A DNA stretch of 26,481 nt, taken from NCBI GenBank assembly GCA_905331295.1, contig CAJNYD010000503.1, forward strand, positions 62,001 through 88,481, written 5' to 3'. Within the stretch, counting starts at the first letter, position 1. Every line of letters begins with the position of its first letter. Under the pieces are notes generated by a model, which saw only the letters and a list, made by a program, of their open reading frames with translations, ran no database searches and was not told where the DNA came from. A program made the translations under genes and the position numbers. The stretch is from Rotaria socialis (taxonomy: Eukaryota). This document shows, one piece after another, positions 1-12,490 of the stretch.

Positions 1-129
1 TTATATACCATTCGCCATATGTTATTTACTACCTTCTCATATTTCTTTTTATCACTACAGAATTCATCTCATTGTTGTGAAAAGCATTGATCTAAGAAAC
101 AAAATTAAGTTGTAAAACAACAACAATAG

Positions 130-200
130 CGAACGAACGGAAAAATCAACCGAATCGAACTGAACTCGAATCAGTAAGATTCAGTTTGATTCAATCTCTG
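130..200. repeat. CGAAC/GAATC repeat cluster ending in CTCTG, possible decayed MITE right end
   Basis: Repeated GAAC/GAATC/GATTC motifs ending with the same CTCTG pentamer as the 17290-17579 MITE. Confidence 0.3.
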
Positions 201-2367
201 ATTCCTAATAATAATATATTCACCAAGTATAGTATCGACTACCTGCTCAAGAGTGAGCCTCTGAGAAAATCAGACGTTTGTAGTACAACGTTGGCAGTTG
301 ATCATTTTAGATTTGGCTGATTTTTAATATGCTATAGCTAGGGTAGCCAATATTCTTTCGTGAAAGTTTCAGCGAAATAGCTTGTATCGGTCAGATGTGA
401 ACATCATGGTATTGGTGGCAATTTTTATTCATATTTTCCACCGAGATATTTTCTCATCATATTGTAGCGCATGGATGTTAATCAAGCATATTGTTTCAAT
501 CGTTGAAAACATATTGCAAAATGAGAACAAATAGTTAGCATAATTGCGATGGACACCACAAGTTATGACTTCTTTTGTGACCAACTCCGATAATAAATAG
601 TCGTGGCTGCTATTTTCATTTTTTTGTTTCTTTACTTACTTAACAGCATACTATGCTACTCGTGCCATCACATTTGCATCCAAACTTTTCTTTGACACAA
701 TTGCTTTTAGGCTTATCATCGAACAACAGAACATAAAAGAAAAATACGTTATGTTTATTTGTTCTCTACTGCCTTAGCTATGCTTTCACATTCTTATTCC
801 CTCGCATCGTAAAAAAAGTACTCAAACATTCAGGTAACTTTCACATTATCATCACTACTTGTATTTTAAAAAATAATAAAAATGGGTTGTTCAAATAGCA
901 GTATCGTTCACCCTTCCGCAGTGAAACAACTTTCGACGACATTATCCTTGATTAAGTCATCGTCTTCAAAAGAAGGTAGAACGAAAAAGACTATCTTTCG
1001 CCTACAAAAGTGTTAGGATTTTGCACGAATACTATTCAAACAGCTTGATTAAGGCGAAATGGGTAAGAAAAAAAAATGCAAATAACGATGTGAAATGGTT
1101 GCAGATTCATTCCATAAAATGATTTTTTGGTAGTTATGAAAGCGACTAATTCATCACACATAGAATTGTTTCCGTTACCACAATTTTACGCATTTCTTAC
1201 AAATCATTCGAAGGCATTCTCCTATGATCGTTTCGTGTCGTTATTCTTATTTTTTAAATAATTATTTGCGTATATATTTTATTCTTCTCAATACCTCATT
1301 GTCTCCGACTCTTACTATCTTCCACTTCTCTTTTCGTGTACCGCCCTGCCTCTCCCGCCAGAGTAAAAACCGATCGATCTTTCATATCGCGATCGTTTCG
1401 CGACATTCCTGGTTCAGGTATGGATATGAATATTCACTTCAAGCATGCTCACGTTCAGACCCATATGATCACACCCTCTATATACGTCTCAGTTATCTAC
1501 GGCAATAGACTAAAGTACTTCTTATATTGCTGTCTAGGAGTAAAAGAAAGTACATGAAATGTTTTGTAAGAGTGGAAATAAAAAATCCAATATTCGATTA
1601 AGTGAACCAGTCGTTAAAAATGAAAAACTATCAAGGGAAATTAAATTGTCAATAGTTGACATCTTGTTTTCTGATGTTAAGATAGATCACAAAGTTTCAT
1701 TTTAATGGAACAAAATAGAGAATTTGTAACGTGCTTTATTACTAACAGCGTAAAGCTCACACAAGCTCTTACTCCCGCTAGAGTTCTACATAGTTTCAAC
1801 CATCTCAAACTACATAGAACCACAGCACAAAAAAAGCAATAGGCAGATATACTCAGTATTGTTCTTTCATTGCAATACAAAAGAACACAGATTGGTCGCA
1901 TATCACCGCTTCACTGAGGCGAGCCTCCATTAATGAATAAAAACGCATTGAGAAAAAGATGACATCTTTGGAAATTTACAGCGCTAGTTGAGCTTTAGCC
2001 CAATAAGGCAAAGCTAATTTAATGGGTATGCATGAGTATTAAGACTTCCGCTACTCAATACCAACACTAATACCATTACTATAGTTTTGTTTTGATATTT
2101 GACAGCTCTAATAGGACATTTCGACTAAAGTTATTGATAGATGCTGTATAACCTTGTACATGTGAAAATAAAAGTAGTCGATGTATCTCTAAATATGTAG
2201 CGAGAATTAATCGATCTTTCTTCGGCAGTTGTGAAGCAATATGAATATCACATTAGATGATTGTTTGTTAAGCGAAATACGGAAATCTTTTATTCACATT
2301 GGTATTGAATTAGCTTCTTATTGTTATTCGTTTTGGTATCAGGTGTCTGTATATTTTGAATGTAGAA

Positions 2368-4730
2368 ATGAACGAAGAGAAAAGTGACTTCTGTCAACAA
2401 TGAAAACTATGATTGATATTGCCATTCGATTTTTTAGCATCAGAATCACAAACGGCAGCACAACTTGAATTCACGTCTACAAACAATTTCACGGGATCTA
2501 CACCAACTATGGACCGAGGCGAATGGCATCAAACAGAAATCACTGAATCAAAGAAACATGAGAAATACTACACACCCAATACATTAGGAATACAACAAAA
2601 CATTAGGTGAGCCATCGAGATCCTTCTACTCATTGCACAATTTCAATAAAAATAGCCTTGATGGGTTATAGTTGCAATAAGAGTATCGAAAAAAAACTTA
2701 TTCAGTTGACACATTGAGTACTTTCAATGTGTAAAAGCTAATTTACTAAAATTTTTATGAAAGTTCTATTCATTCAGGAAAATATTTGATTGTGGAAATA
2801 TAGCAAATTGATTATATTTTAAAATATAACAGTAGAAAATCGCAGAACTCTTGATTTTGTCTGACGAGAATTATTCAATCGCTTCACTTTTTTCAATAGT
2901 GAGAAATGTTTTCTCGATTTTTATTTCTATTTTCAATAGACTGACCACCAGTTTCGAAGATTTATCGAATGAGATTCTCTACGAAATTTTTGATTTTCTC
3001 GACGGCTACAATATATACGAAACATTTTCGAAGCTCAATGCTCGTTTTGAATGCCTCATTACAAACTCATCTCATCTTCTCAAGTTCAATTTCTCTATTG
3101 TGTCAAAAACGACTTTTGCACATCGTTTAGCTCATATCGTAATTCCAAATACACATCGGATCGTTTCACTTTCTTTATCAAATCCTTTTATAATCGATTA
3201 CTTTCTTGATTTATGCTCCATCGATTTCTCATTCGTTCGCCTCGAAGCATTATCACTTCATGGCATTGAGTCGCAGCGACTTGTATACCTTTTAACTACT
3301 TTAACTTCAGCACCTTGTCTTCACTCTCTATCTCTCACAGTTCTTGATGCGATTTCCGATCTCGATTGTGTCTATCGTCTAATTCTACGTCGATCTGCGT
3401 TGAAATATGCAAAGTTATTTTTCGAACAAGGCGGTCAAAATTCACTGGCGATTCGTACCGCAAACGAACAGGAACCAACTAGTAATATCGAATATCTTAT
3501 CATTGATAATTTTGTTGATGGTGATGACTTAATTGCTCTTCTCTCGTATACACCTAAACTTCGCCGTTTGTCGTGCGTTAATGATCTATTCATACGTCTC
3601 AAACAGCCTAAATTATCGTTCGTATCGCCTAGCTTGACACATGTCAATTTGTATACGACGGATGAGTTCGACTACTTTGAAACATTTCTATTAAATATTT
3701 GTTTTCATTTACAAGTGTTACGTGTCTCCCATCACGGCATGATGGATATTTTGGACGCAAATCGATGGCAACAAATGATAGAAAATTCGATGTCACACTT
3801 GAAGAGGTTTGAACTCCTAAGTGACACGGACCTCGGCGATGACGATAGCTATCAAGATTATTACCATACTTTAATAGAAAAATTTACAGCGCCATTTTGG
3901 GTTGAGCGACAATGGTTTTTTGCGCATCAACATTACCGTAAATTCGGTGTTCGTGCAATCTTTTATTCCATTGGATCCTTCAGGTTTGTTGATAAAGAAT
4001 TTGCCAGCTTCTTTTAGACTTTATTCGTCTCAGGTGGAATCACTACGAGCTACGAGAACTTCAGGATAACGATATCTGTCCACGCTATGATAATCACTTG
4101 AGTTTGGCTCGTGTGGTCACGATCGAAGGTAATCGTGCGGCTGCTCATTGTTCAATTAAATTTCCACGTGCTACAGAATTAGCTCTGACATTATGTGGTG
4201 ATGGTGAGCATCTCTCTTCCATTGGCGACCTCAGTCGTATGATACCTTTGGAGCAGCTCACTCGAATAGGCTTTTATTGGGAACATGTTGGTATTACTCA
4301 CCTGCTTGAACTATTACATCTCGCACCCAATGTTCATTCGTTATCGTTATTATCAGATCAATGGTTTGGTGGTATCGGGAGGAACTTTGTTACAGAACAC
4401 AATGTAATTGGTAACAACAAGATCAGAAAAGTGTCCGTTGACACCGAAGATCTTGACCTGACACTGGAAGAAATTCAACTACTCATGAGAATGTGCCCAT
4501 GTGTGCAATATCTTGACTTAAGAATTGAAAAAGAACAATGTGTATCAATTGTTGAGTTTCTTCTGTTAAGAAATGCTGCCAATAACAATCATATTCCTAT
4601 CACGTTGATGAGCTTCCGACCAGTTTTTTATGAAATGGATCAAGAAGTACGATCAATGATAGATCGTGATCAGCGTTTCTGCAACTATTCCATCAAAAAT
4701 GATCGCAGAAAAATGTACTTGTGGTGTTAA
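2368..4730 (+). CDS. F-box-like domain / LRR-like protein of the expanded bdelloid family, 4 predicted exons (2368-2383, 2438-2606, 2940-3983, 4034-4730), ~641 aa
   Basis: F-box-like motif 'FEDLSNEILYEIFDFL' plus family-typical 'DANRWQQMI', 'FTAPFWVERQWFF' and 'RMCPCVQYL'. GT-AG introns 2384-2437 (54 nt), 2607-2939 and 3984-4033 (50 nt) join ORFs 2413-2610, 2851-4017 and 4098-4730 in frame (total 1926 nt, divisible by 3). The first two exons are less certain than the last two. Confidence 0.8.
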
Positions 4731-5627
4731 CTTAGGAACTGATATCATTTTGAGTTTTTTTTCAATATATTCATGATAATATCAGCACTATAATAAAATG
4801 CATGCAATCAGATCAATCCGTTTCAATGATTGTTGTTGTAAGAAATTCGATAGCAAGTGACATGTATGCCGCATGAATGAAACGTGAATAAGCTGAATGA
4901 AGGTATGGTTTGCTTATGCCCACATAGATTTTGTTCAAGATCGATCGAATATAAATCAGATAGGTAACATCGATAAGGGCGAGTGGATTTAGCATCCAAT
5001 GTACATATTTGATATGAGTATGACAACCGATGAAGAATACTCACACCAGCATCCGCATTCAACTTGTGACAACAAATTTGAGAAGTTTATGTGCAGAGAA
5101 ACAGATGAGAAAGCTAATGCATTGCACGGAAAAGCTTCCATTTTTGCATATGACGTCTTTCTGCATCAATATCTGCTACATACTCGGCTGTGACTCTGAT
5201 ACTTCAATGTTCCCACCAACAGTATATTTAATCGAATGTATATGTACAGTTAAAGAATCTTTGTTTTCATTAGTATGATGTACTACCCTACTTACTAGTA
5301 TTATTGAACCATTCTAATTTTATTGGTATCATTTGCTTGTTTACGTACACATTTTGAATTTGCCAAAGAATAAGACAAATATATTTAATAATACTCATCC
5401 GCATTTTCTATATAGCGAGCGTTAGAATGACTCTTCTTGGTGATCAAAAACATGTCACAATAGTATCGCTACTGACTTTTCCACAGAGGAATCCGCATAT
5501 GATTGTCGACAATAGAACGACATGACGAGAGAACGAGTGTGTTGGATAATCATAATCTCAGCATTCTATTTCTGGAGCATGAGTGTCAAACTTGAAACTT
5601 GAATTCAATAATACAACTATTGACGCA

Positions 5628-5700
5628 GGTGGGTGTGGGTGATGGGTTTTGCTGTAAGTGAGTTTGGGCGCTCATCCTAACTTTTTTCACACCCACACCT
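5628..5700. repeat. Telomere-repeat-like hairpin
   Basis: GGTGGGTGTGGGTGATGGG ... CACACCCACACC. Confidence 0.7.
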
Positions 5701-6515
5701 TCAAGGTGCGTTCTTCTGCAAAACTTCGTGCCATCTTCAGTTGATAAATACCTGAAAATAGTAAAGAATGAACTTTTCACAGAATAATTTTATACCTAAG
5801 GACAAGACAGGAAATGGTCTAGCTAAATTGTCATTGTCTTGTAAAGCTCCTATCATGCGAATGTGAAAGCAGTTGGTGAGTACTGCTATGATGACTGTCA
5901 AATCAGAAACGGATGACAAGGAAGCGTTTTGAATTTTTTTAACAAAACCATCTGAACCCTTTTTAATCTTTCATTAACACCCCGGTTCTCAACATCATCC
6001 ATCCAGTAATTAGTCTTTTCATCTTCGTCAACGATATCGTTAGCAACTGGAATCAACAGTTTATTGCGATCATCTAGTCACTCTCCTTTCCCTACATTCT
6101 TCTCTTTTTTCACTCTGTTTCTCATCTTCATTGTTAGTCATAGGTACTGAATCCTTTTCAATTAAAAGTAAACACGCTATCCAGTTCGTACACATATAAC
6201 AATAGTAAGCGAGAGCTATATAAAGTAGGCAACACTCTACACTGATAGAGCATACATTCAATGCCACTGGAGGTGAGGCGTAGTGATTTTGTAAGACCCT
6301 GTATATCCCTATTAGGCTTCATGCAAATTTCGTGCCTTTTTTCCATTGATAGCTTAAATATCGTTCTGTTAAAATACATATCGAACATCTGTTGACGACT
6401 TAATAGGGCAAAAATAGAAAATGAATGAACAGAGGGTCAACAATTGTGGGACGCACTTTCTTAAGGAAAAAATGATAAATAAAGATAACGGATGAGTCAG
6501 TTGAAAAGTTTAATC

Positions 6516-6953
6516 TCATTGGGCCGAATTATTAATCGTAATTGGAACCATCGCTTTCATTTGAGTCTTATAGTCATCGATTAGAAAGGCTATTTTAGAA
6601 CCGAACATACCGCGTGTATTAATCAATCTTTGCGGACAACAACCAGGAAAAAAATCTCCCAGTATTACGGTCATAGACGCGAAGGCACTCAATGCTGTCA
6701 CGTCTTTTATATAGACGGACGTATCATCATAAATTGGACTGCAACAACAACTGCAAACAAAAACACAAACACCATATTTTTGTCGGCGAAACAAGATTCA
6801 ATTGTTGGTAACCGTGATATTATTAGAACCACAACATGAACCGCAATATTGAGATCCTTCCCATGCATGTAACACTTGTTCGTTGGCAAGTAAGTTGAGT
6901 GTGCTATTTAAGCGTGAAGATGTATGTTGGTTGCTGACAATGGTAGAATTCAT
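6516..6953 (-). pseudogene. Small Cys-rich protein (~145 codons) interrupted by one in-frame TGA at 6798-6800
   Basis: ATG at 6953 directly follows a pyrimidine-rich acceptor (ttctttatag|aaccATG). The frame reads MNSTIVSNQHTSSRLNSTLNLLANEQVLHAWEGSQYCGSCCGSNNITVTNN*ILFRRQKYGVCVFVCSCCCSPIYDD... and continues in frame into ORF 6516-6794. Confidence 0.55.
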
Positions 6954-7367
6954 GGTTCTATAAAGAACAGAAATCACACTAAATCTTCATCTTGAATATT
7001 GAAAAGGCAATAAGCTCTATATTACACCTCATAACGCTAAGTCTATTCCTAGAGTTAGTTTTACTTTAACTTTTTCTTTTCTACATTTATATTCGAACTC
7101 GAATTAGAAAGGTACTCGAATATTCCCAAAAAACGTTACTCACCGCAGTCAAGCGACATAAACGAAAATGTCCTAGGAATTTGCAGTGTGCAATTGTAAA
7201 TAAGAATTTTTGTGACTTACCTCGTTCAGTTTACTTTTCAAATGAATCGCTGTTCAAAAATATTTTCTGTTCTATTTCACCGCCTTATGTTTCGATTGCT
7301 TTTTTTGATCAAATCCTTTTAAATATGAGTGCTAGTGAAAAGGCTTGTACATAGAAGCAGTACAAAC

Positions 7368-7773
7368 CAGAGGTCAAAACAGACCGCGCCTTCGAGGCCT
7401 GTGGGTCTGTCAACGTTTTTGAAGCTAATACAATAATGATGAGAGACTAGAAACTAGAGGTACATACAGAGCACGGAATGTACTTTTATACCTGGAGATA
7501 ACCGACCTGTCATAGGCATAGACCCCGATTTTCTGAGCAGTGAAACTGGCAGACTCAGACAGGCCAACAGGCCAAAAATTGCTTGAACCTCTAATAAGTA
7601 CTGATCCGAAAATCGGGGTCTATGCCTATGACAGATCGGTTATCTCCAGGTATAAAAGTACACTCCGTGCTCTGTATGTACCTCTAGTTTCTAGTCTCTC
7701 ATCATTATTGTATTAGCCTAAAAAACGTTGATAGACCCACAGGCCTCAAAGATGCGGCCTGTTTTGGCCTCTA
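7368..7773. mobile_element. Foldback MITE, hAT-type, with 174-bp inverted arms
   Basis: Arms 7368-7541 and 7600-7773 are near-identical reverse complements. Termini are CAGAGG.../...CCTCTA, flanked by GTACAAAC (7360-7367) and GTACTAAC (7774-7781), an 8-bp TSD with 1 mismatch. Confidence 0.9.
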
Positions 7774-8979
7774 GTACTAACATTCAAGAAACAGTAGGCA
7801 AAACACGATGGCAAAAAAAAGAAAAAAAAACTATACTACTTCAATCAATTCACGTTGAATGCAGTAAACTCGTCGATATTATATGTTTTCAATTTTATGT
7901 AAAGAAAAAAAACAGATTCTAAAATCACCTGAAATAAATCAATGCGTATCATTCATGTTGAATATGATCATATTACAGCAACAGTAATTGGCGTTACCAA
8001 CATTCACCAGTGCACTCTTTGTTGATGGAAAATTCGTTCTCAATAGAAATAATAATAGTTTTCTTTTTGGTAGATTACTATATAGATGAATACTAAGTCA
8101 TAAACTCGACCTAAACAATTTATATCAATTTTCATAGTGAGAAAATCATTCAAAAAACAAAACACATTCCTATTTGTAATATATTTAATGAAGTTTTTAT
8201 ATGTCTAGAAAAAAGAATGAGTTCGTTTTTGTATTCAGCATTATTGTAATTTTGTCAGATACCATTTATTTGTACTCATAATTATGGAATCTTATTGAAT
8301 TGAGTTTTTGGTGTTATTTAACAGCGACTTTGAGGGCGAAAATTAATTTTCCGGATGTCTCTGACGTAATAGATTGATTCACGCAGCATTTGTTTATCTC
8401 ATTAGTTTCTAATTAGGTTTTCTAAATAAAATTCCTATAATATCCCAAAAATCGGTTATGATCAAACAAAATTTACATGGGCAATGCCACAACTTGAATT
8501 GATTCGAGAGTAACTTTAAATTGAATTGACAAAAAATTGATGATATGATTTTATCAGTCATTAAACGAATCACTACAGAAGAAGTTTGCTTTAACTATTC
8601 TTTAATAAAAGAAAATGATAATGGATTAAATCTATCAGAAAATAACGATACTCCTATTCCAGAAAGAAATTCCTCGAGAAAATGAAAACGAACAAAATTA
8701 ATGAATTGATGTATTAGATATTGTTAAAAAACGAACAGAACTATCGCTCCTTCTATTATATCAGATGAAGAAAACTTTTCATAATTAGTTTTTTTAATAT
8801 TCAAAAAAAGATTTATTTTTTGTAAATACCGAGAAACAAATAAACTATACTTATTTGCTTCCTTTTACTCTTTTTTGTTTTTGTCAACTTTAATAGTATC
8901 TTAAAAGCAATTAATCTCATTTGTTTATTGAATTGAATTATTTAACGAACAATGACAAGTATTTGGCATGATAAAAGTA

Positions 8980-9768
8980 AACAACAAACATATTTTGATA
9001 GATCAACTTGATCATGAAACGCAAGATCTTCTTCCACTTTAGAACAATTGATTCGTGTTGCGTCTCTTGTGAAATTGTGTGTAACACGTTTTCGTATCAA
9101 GTAAAACTTGCTCAGCATAATCATCATGAATGCGGAGAAGATGGAGTCTAATAAGGTGAGGATATTCGATAATTGGAAAATCTTGATTATCGTCATTTGA
9201 CTCTTGATGTTGTTTGCCATTTTGTGACTGCCAGTTACGTACAGTCAAGTATTTCAAAAATGGAACTGCTTGAGAAATTCGCATGAAAAATATATGTTCA
9301 AAAGGACTTTCATCAAATAATCTTATAGTTTGAACACATTTAAATAATTCACCTGAAAAATTATTGGTAAGATTATCATAATGTATCATTGTATATGGAT
9401 ATGTGTAAATATGACAATGACCAATCTTATCATTTGAAAAATAGTCGACACAAGAAATAATTTGATGGTTTGTGAAACCTGTTAATGTACGCTGAATATT
9501 TTCATTTGATCGTAAATACATTTGATTGTCCAGTGAAATGGTTGAGCGAATATTAAATACGAAATCGTTTTAATTTAGGCATGTGACTACTAATATTCTT
9601 TTTCAAGGCATTACCATCGATAGATGTTTCTTGACATCCGATCAGAATATATAAAATCAGCTTTTCGAGATTCGACATTCGTTGCAGATGTGGTACGATC
9701 ACTTCATCATAAACACATGCTTCATTATTACAGGTCAGCAAAAAATCTTTCAAATTAAACAGTTCTTT
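8980..9768 (-). pseudogene. Frameshifted C-terminal fragment of a bdelloid F-box/LRR-like family gene
   Basis: Family motifs 'LQRMSNLEKL', 'IDGNALKKNISSHMPKL', 'CHIYTYPY', 'NNFSGELFKCV', 'PFEHIFFMRISQAVPFL', 'IHDDYAEQVL' and 'FTRDATRINCSKV' are spread over three frames (ORFs 9553-9753, 9039-9521, 8942-9220). A splice acceptor lies at 9769-9770. No N-terminal exons were found. Confidence 0.8.
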
Positions 9769-9780
9769 CTACAATAATAA

Positions 9781-9850
9781 GAGTGTGGGTGTGGGTGGGA
9801 TTCTTCTGCTCATCTACACTACAGCCACGGCCACAGCCACACCCTCAACC
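9781..9850. repeat. Telomere-repeat-like hairpin
   Basis: GAGTGTGGGTGTGGGTGGGAT ... CAGCCACGGCCACAGCCACACCCTCAACC. Confidence 0.75.
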
Positions 9851-10025
9851 ATATTTATATGAATGCTCTCATTATTGACTAACAATATTGAATACAATCT
9901 CTTTAATAATAAAAAATAAATAAAATAAATATATTCTGTCAATTAATCATTTCTTTTATTTACTTAATATGATGGTTCAAGACGAAAGATATAAGAATCG
10001 AAAATTTTCATATTATATTCACAAA

Positions 10026-10201
10026 CCCAGAAAGATCATTCCAGCCACCGGAAACGGCCTGAAATGGTTATAAAAGGGCCATCACTTTGAACAATATTCT
10101 CTTCGTTTTCCGAGCTGACGGAAAATGGCGGTATTTTTTAACATTTTACATAGTTTTTCTGCCGTTTCAGGCCGTTTACGGACCGTTTTCTTCCACCTGG
10201 G
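10026..10201. mobile_element. Short degenerate TIR element with CCCAG...CTGGG termini (CMC/EnSpm-like MITE)
   Basis: CCCAG at 10026 and CTGGG ending at 10201, with AA on both flanks. Internal inverted pair AAACGGCCTGAAATGG (10052-10067) / CCGTTTCAGGCCGTTT (10162-10177). The superfamily call is inference. Confidence 0.55.
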
Positions 10202-11230
10202 AATCATTTAAATTTTGAATTTTCATATTTTTTTGTTGTCTTTTAATAATGAGAATTTTTTTAATATTGATAATTCATACAAATTTCAATGTGAGATTAC
10301 ATTTATTTTCAGCACCATTTTATTTATTTTTGAATATCAATTCTTTCATTTTGTTCTTTCACAATAAATAATAATTGTTCATCTTGTTTCTTCATAAATG
10401 CATCGAATTTTTTTATCATTAATTGTAACTGAAAAAGAAAATTTTATATTGGAAAGTATCTGACATAGAAAACTTATAAAAGTATTAATAGAGAAATATA
10501 ATATTTACCATTCCAACTTGCTCTTTTGCATCGTTTTCGATTATTTCAAGATTAGACATACTAACAAAACTAGAAGCCTATATTATCTAGTATTTGATGA
10601 AAATTATCTCTATTCTTATTTAATATATATATGTGTATATGATTTGTTTATTTTTCAACAGTTATTTATATATCTGCTATAGACGGACGGTGTCGATGTC
10701 TATGCATACATGTGAACGAGAAAAATTCATATTCATTGTAAGCTTGAAAATAATAAACAATATTTCTTATATGTCTGAATAAGAAGAATGAATGAAAAGA
10801 GAAAATCACTATTGTTCTAGCTAACAACAAGCTTTTAGAAATAGAATGATAAATAATAAAATACAAGGTGATCTACAATTGTATTTTGTTGTCTTAAAGA
10901 ATCGTCGAATATTTTTAAATAATTTTAAATAGAATAAAAATCTTTAGATTGTCAATATTGACATCAACAAAGAAAAACTATTCAATAGAATTTATTCGAA
11001 GAAAGTTTTTATTTCATTTGTCATTTTAAATAAATAAAACCATCTTACTAACTTTTAACTATTATTAGAATTTGATTGAATTGGTGTTAATTCTAATTGA
11101 TTTTTATTAATATTATCATTTATTTGTTTATTGTCATTGTCGATAATATTTGTTGGTTGATTTGACTCTTTATCTAATAACAAATAATTGATTATCGAGA
11201 AAAAAACAGCGACACTTACATAAAATAGTA

Positions 11231-11328
11231 TGGGGTTTGGGTGTGGGTGCGAGTGCCTGGGCGTGGGTTTATTCTTCGAGCATGCCGATGCTCACACCCA
11301 CCCACACCCGCACTCTTACCCTGAACCA
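11231..11328. repeat. Telomere-repeat-like hairpin (best-developed member of a dispersed family)
   Basis: G arm GGTTTGGGTGTGGGTGCGAGTG, C arm CACACCCACCCACACCCGCACTC, inner GAGCAT-GCCG-ATGCTC hairpin. Confidence 0.8.
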
Positions 11329-11898
11329 CTCGATTTCTTAACAAAACGCAGCACATTTTAACTTAGTACGTGTTGTAACCTAAATAACAGCGTATTAAGA
11401 ATCAGCAAACACAGCTCGGCAAATCATTGTCACAATGATCTAGGCTGTCAGTGAAAAAATGCAACACATTCTATTAAAGTATCCGCCCACCGATACGTTT
11501 TGTTCATATTCCTCAACAGAAACTAATGAGATAAATACATTTCTATATGTTCGAGGGAGATCAATGATATCAATAGGTTTGCTGGATTGTGATACTTGCA
11601 TTTTAGCAATGAGATCCAACATTTTAAGATCTGGAATAGATACCGAAACTGGTTATTTTTGCTAGATTCACATTTTATTTTTCACCGTGGTTTCAATTCT
11701 ATATGATGAATTCACTGTGAGTTTGGACATAGATTGCCACAGAGTTAACTTTAGTCTCGCCCTCATCCCACCGTACTTTGTTTCACAGAGTGGCTCATTT
11801 AATTTACTGTATAGATTGTCTCGTTCAACTATTGACCGTATGGAGAGAGAAAAAGAATCTCGTCAGAGAAATGTCAGTAGTAAGTAAGCAACAAGTAA

Positions 11899-12152
11899 CA
11901 CTGGGAAAAAAATAGCATCACACGGAGCCATTTTTGAAACTAATTCAAGACCCCAAAAAAGTTTCGTAAAAGCCCAAGATTGTCTCAAAATTATTATCAA
12001 GAGCCCAGGAAACTTTTTGGAAGGTTTTGTGGAAAACCTACGAAACCTAAAAAAGGTTCAGAATGCGTTTCAAAGTGCGAAACCATTTTAAAGTTCAGTG
12101 AGAAAATTCGAAACTTTCTTGGTTCCGTGTAGTGTTATTCTTTTTTTCAGTG
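11899..12152. mobile_element. MITE with ~32-bp imperfect TIRs (CACTG...CAGTG)
   Basis: Left end CACTGGGAAAAAAATAGCATCACACGGAGCCA versus reverse complement of the right end CACTGAAAAAAAGAATAACACTACACGGAACCA. Internal AAACC/GGTTT-like motifs. TSD not clear. Confidence 0.65.
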
Positions 12153-12160
12153 TAGTCGTT

Positions 12161-12490
12161 TCAACGGCGATATGTAGCTAAAGTAAAATGATGATGCGTA
12201 TGTAGCAATGGCTTTTTGGCACAGTCCAGACAGAGATCATAGCCCGTGAAAGGAGTTGTGCTTGTCGAGGTCAATTGTGTATCTCCATATTTCACTATTG
12301 TGGTGCTTGTCACCTCTATTTCTCGAACCTTGCGATCATTACTTCCAGGAAGCACAAAACCACTGCACTCCATGCATCGAAATCCCATGTCACCATCGTT
12401 GAACTTGCATTCACATCCATCGCAGATTGCTTCTCTGATTGAAGTAAAACCCACGCGATGTAAGAACTGGCTGAGAATACGTTGATCCAT
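12161..12490 (-). CDS. Small ZZ-type zinc-finger-like protein (109 aa)
   Basis: CDGC...FRCMEC...YDLCLDC...HTHHHF matches the ZZ ligand pattern. A splice acceptor upstream (~12546) suggests a 5' UTR intron. Confidence 0.7.
   Translation of the reverse strand: MDQRILSQFLHRVGFTSIREAICDGCECKFNDGDMGFRCMECSGFVLPGSNDRKVREIEVTSTTIVKYGDTQLTSTSTTPFTGYDLCLDCAKKPLLHTHHHFTLATYRR

Noticed and set aside
2851..2939. TTG-started N-terminus of ORF 2851-4017
   Set aside because: It reads through intron sequence ending in the acceptor tttcaatag at 2939. Splicing from the 2438-2606 exon gives a better in-frame model.
5790..6200. Coding-like minus-strand fragments (DEDEKTNYWMDD..., hydrophobic IIAVLTNCF)
   Set aside because: Multiple frame breaks and no family could be recognised with confidence. 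It may be a decayed gene, and a tBLASTx search would be needed.
8318..8520. Possible TTAA-flanked Kolobok-like remnant
   Set aside because: The terminal similarity is too weak to support a call.
11440..11830. Possible decayed minus-strand coding region
   Set aside because: It is interrupted by stops and has no recognisable motif.
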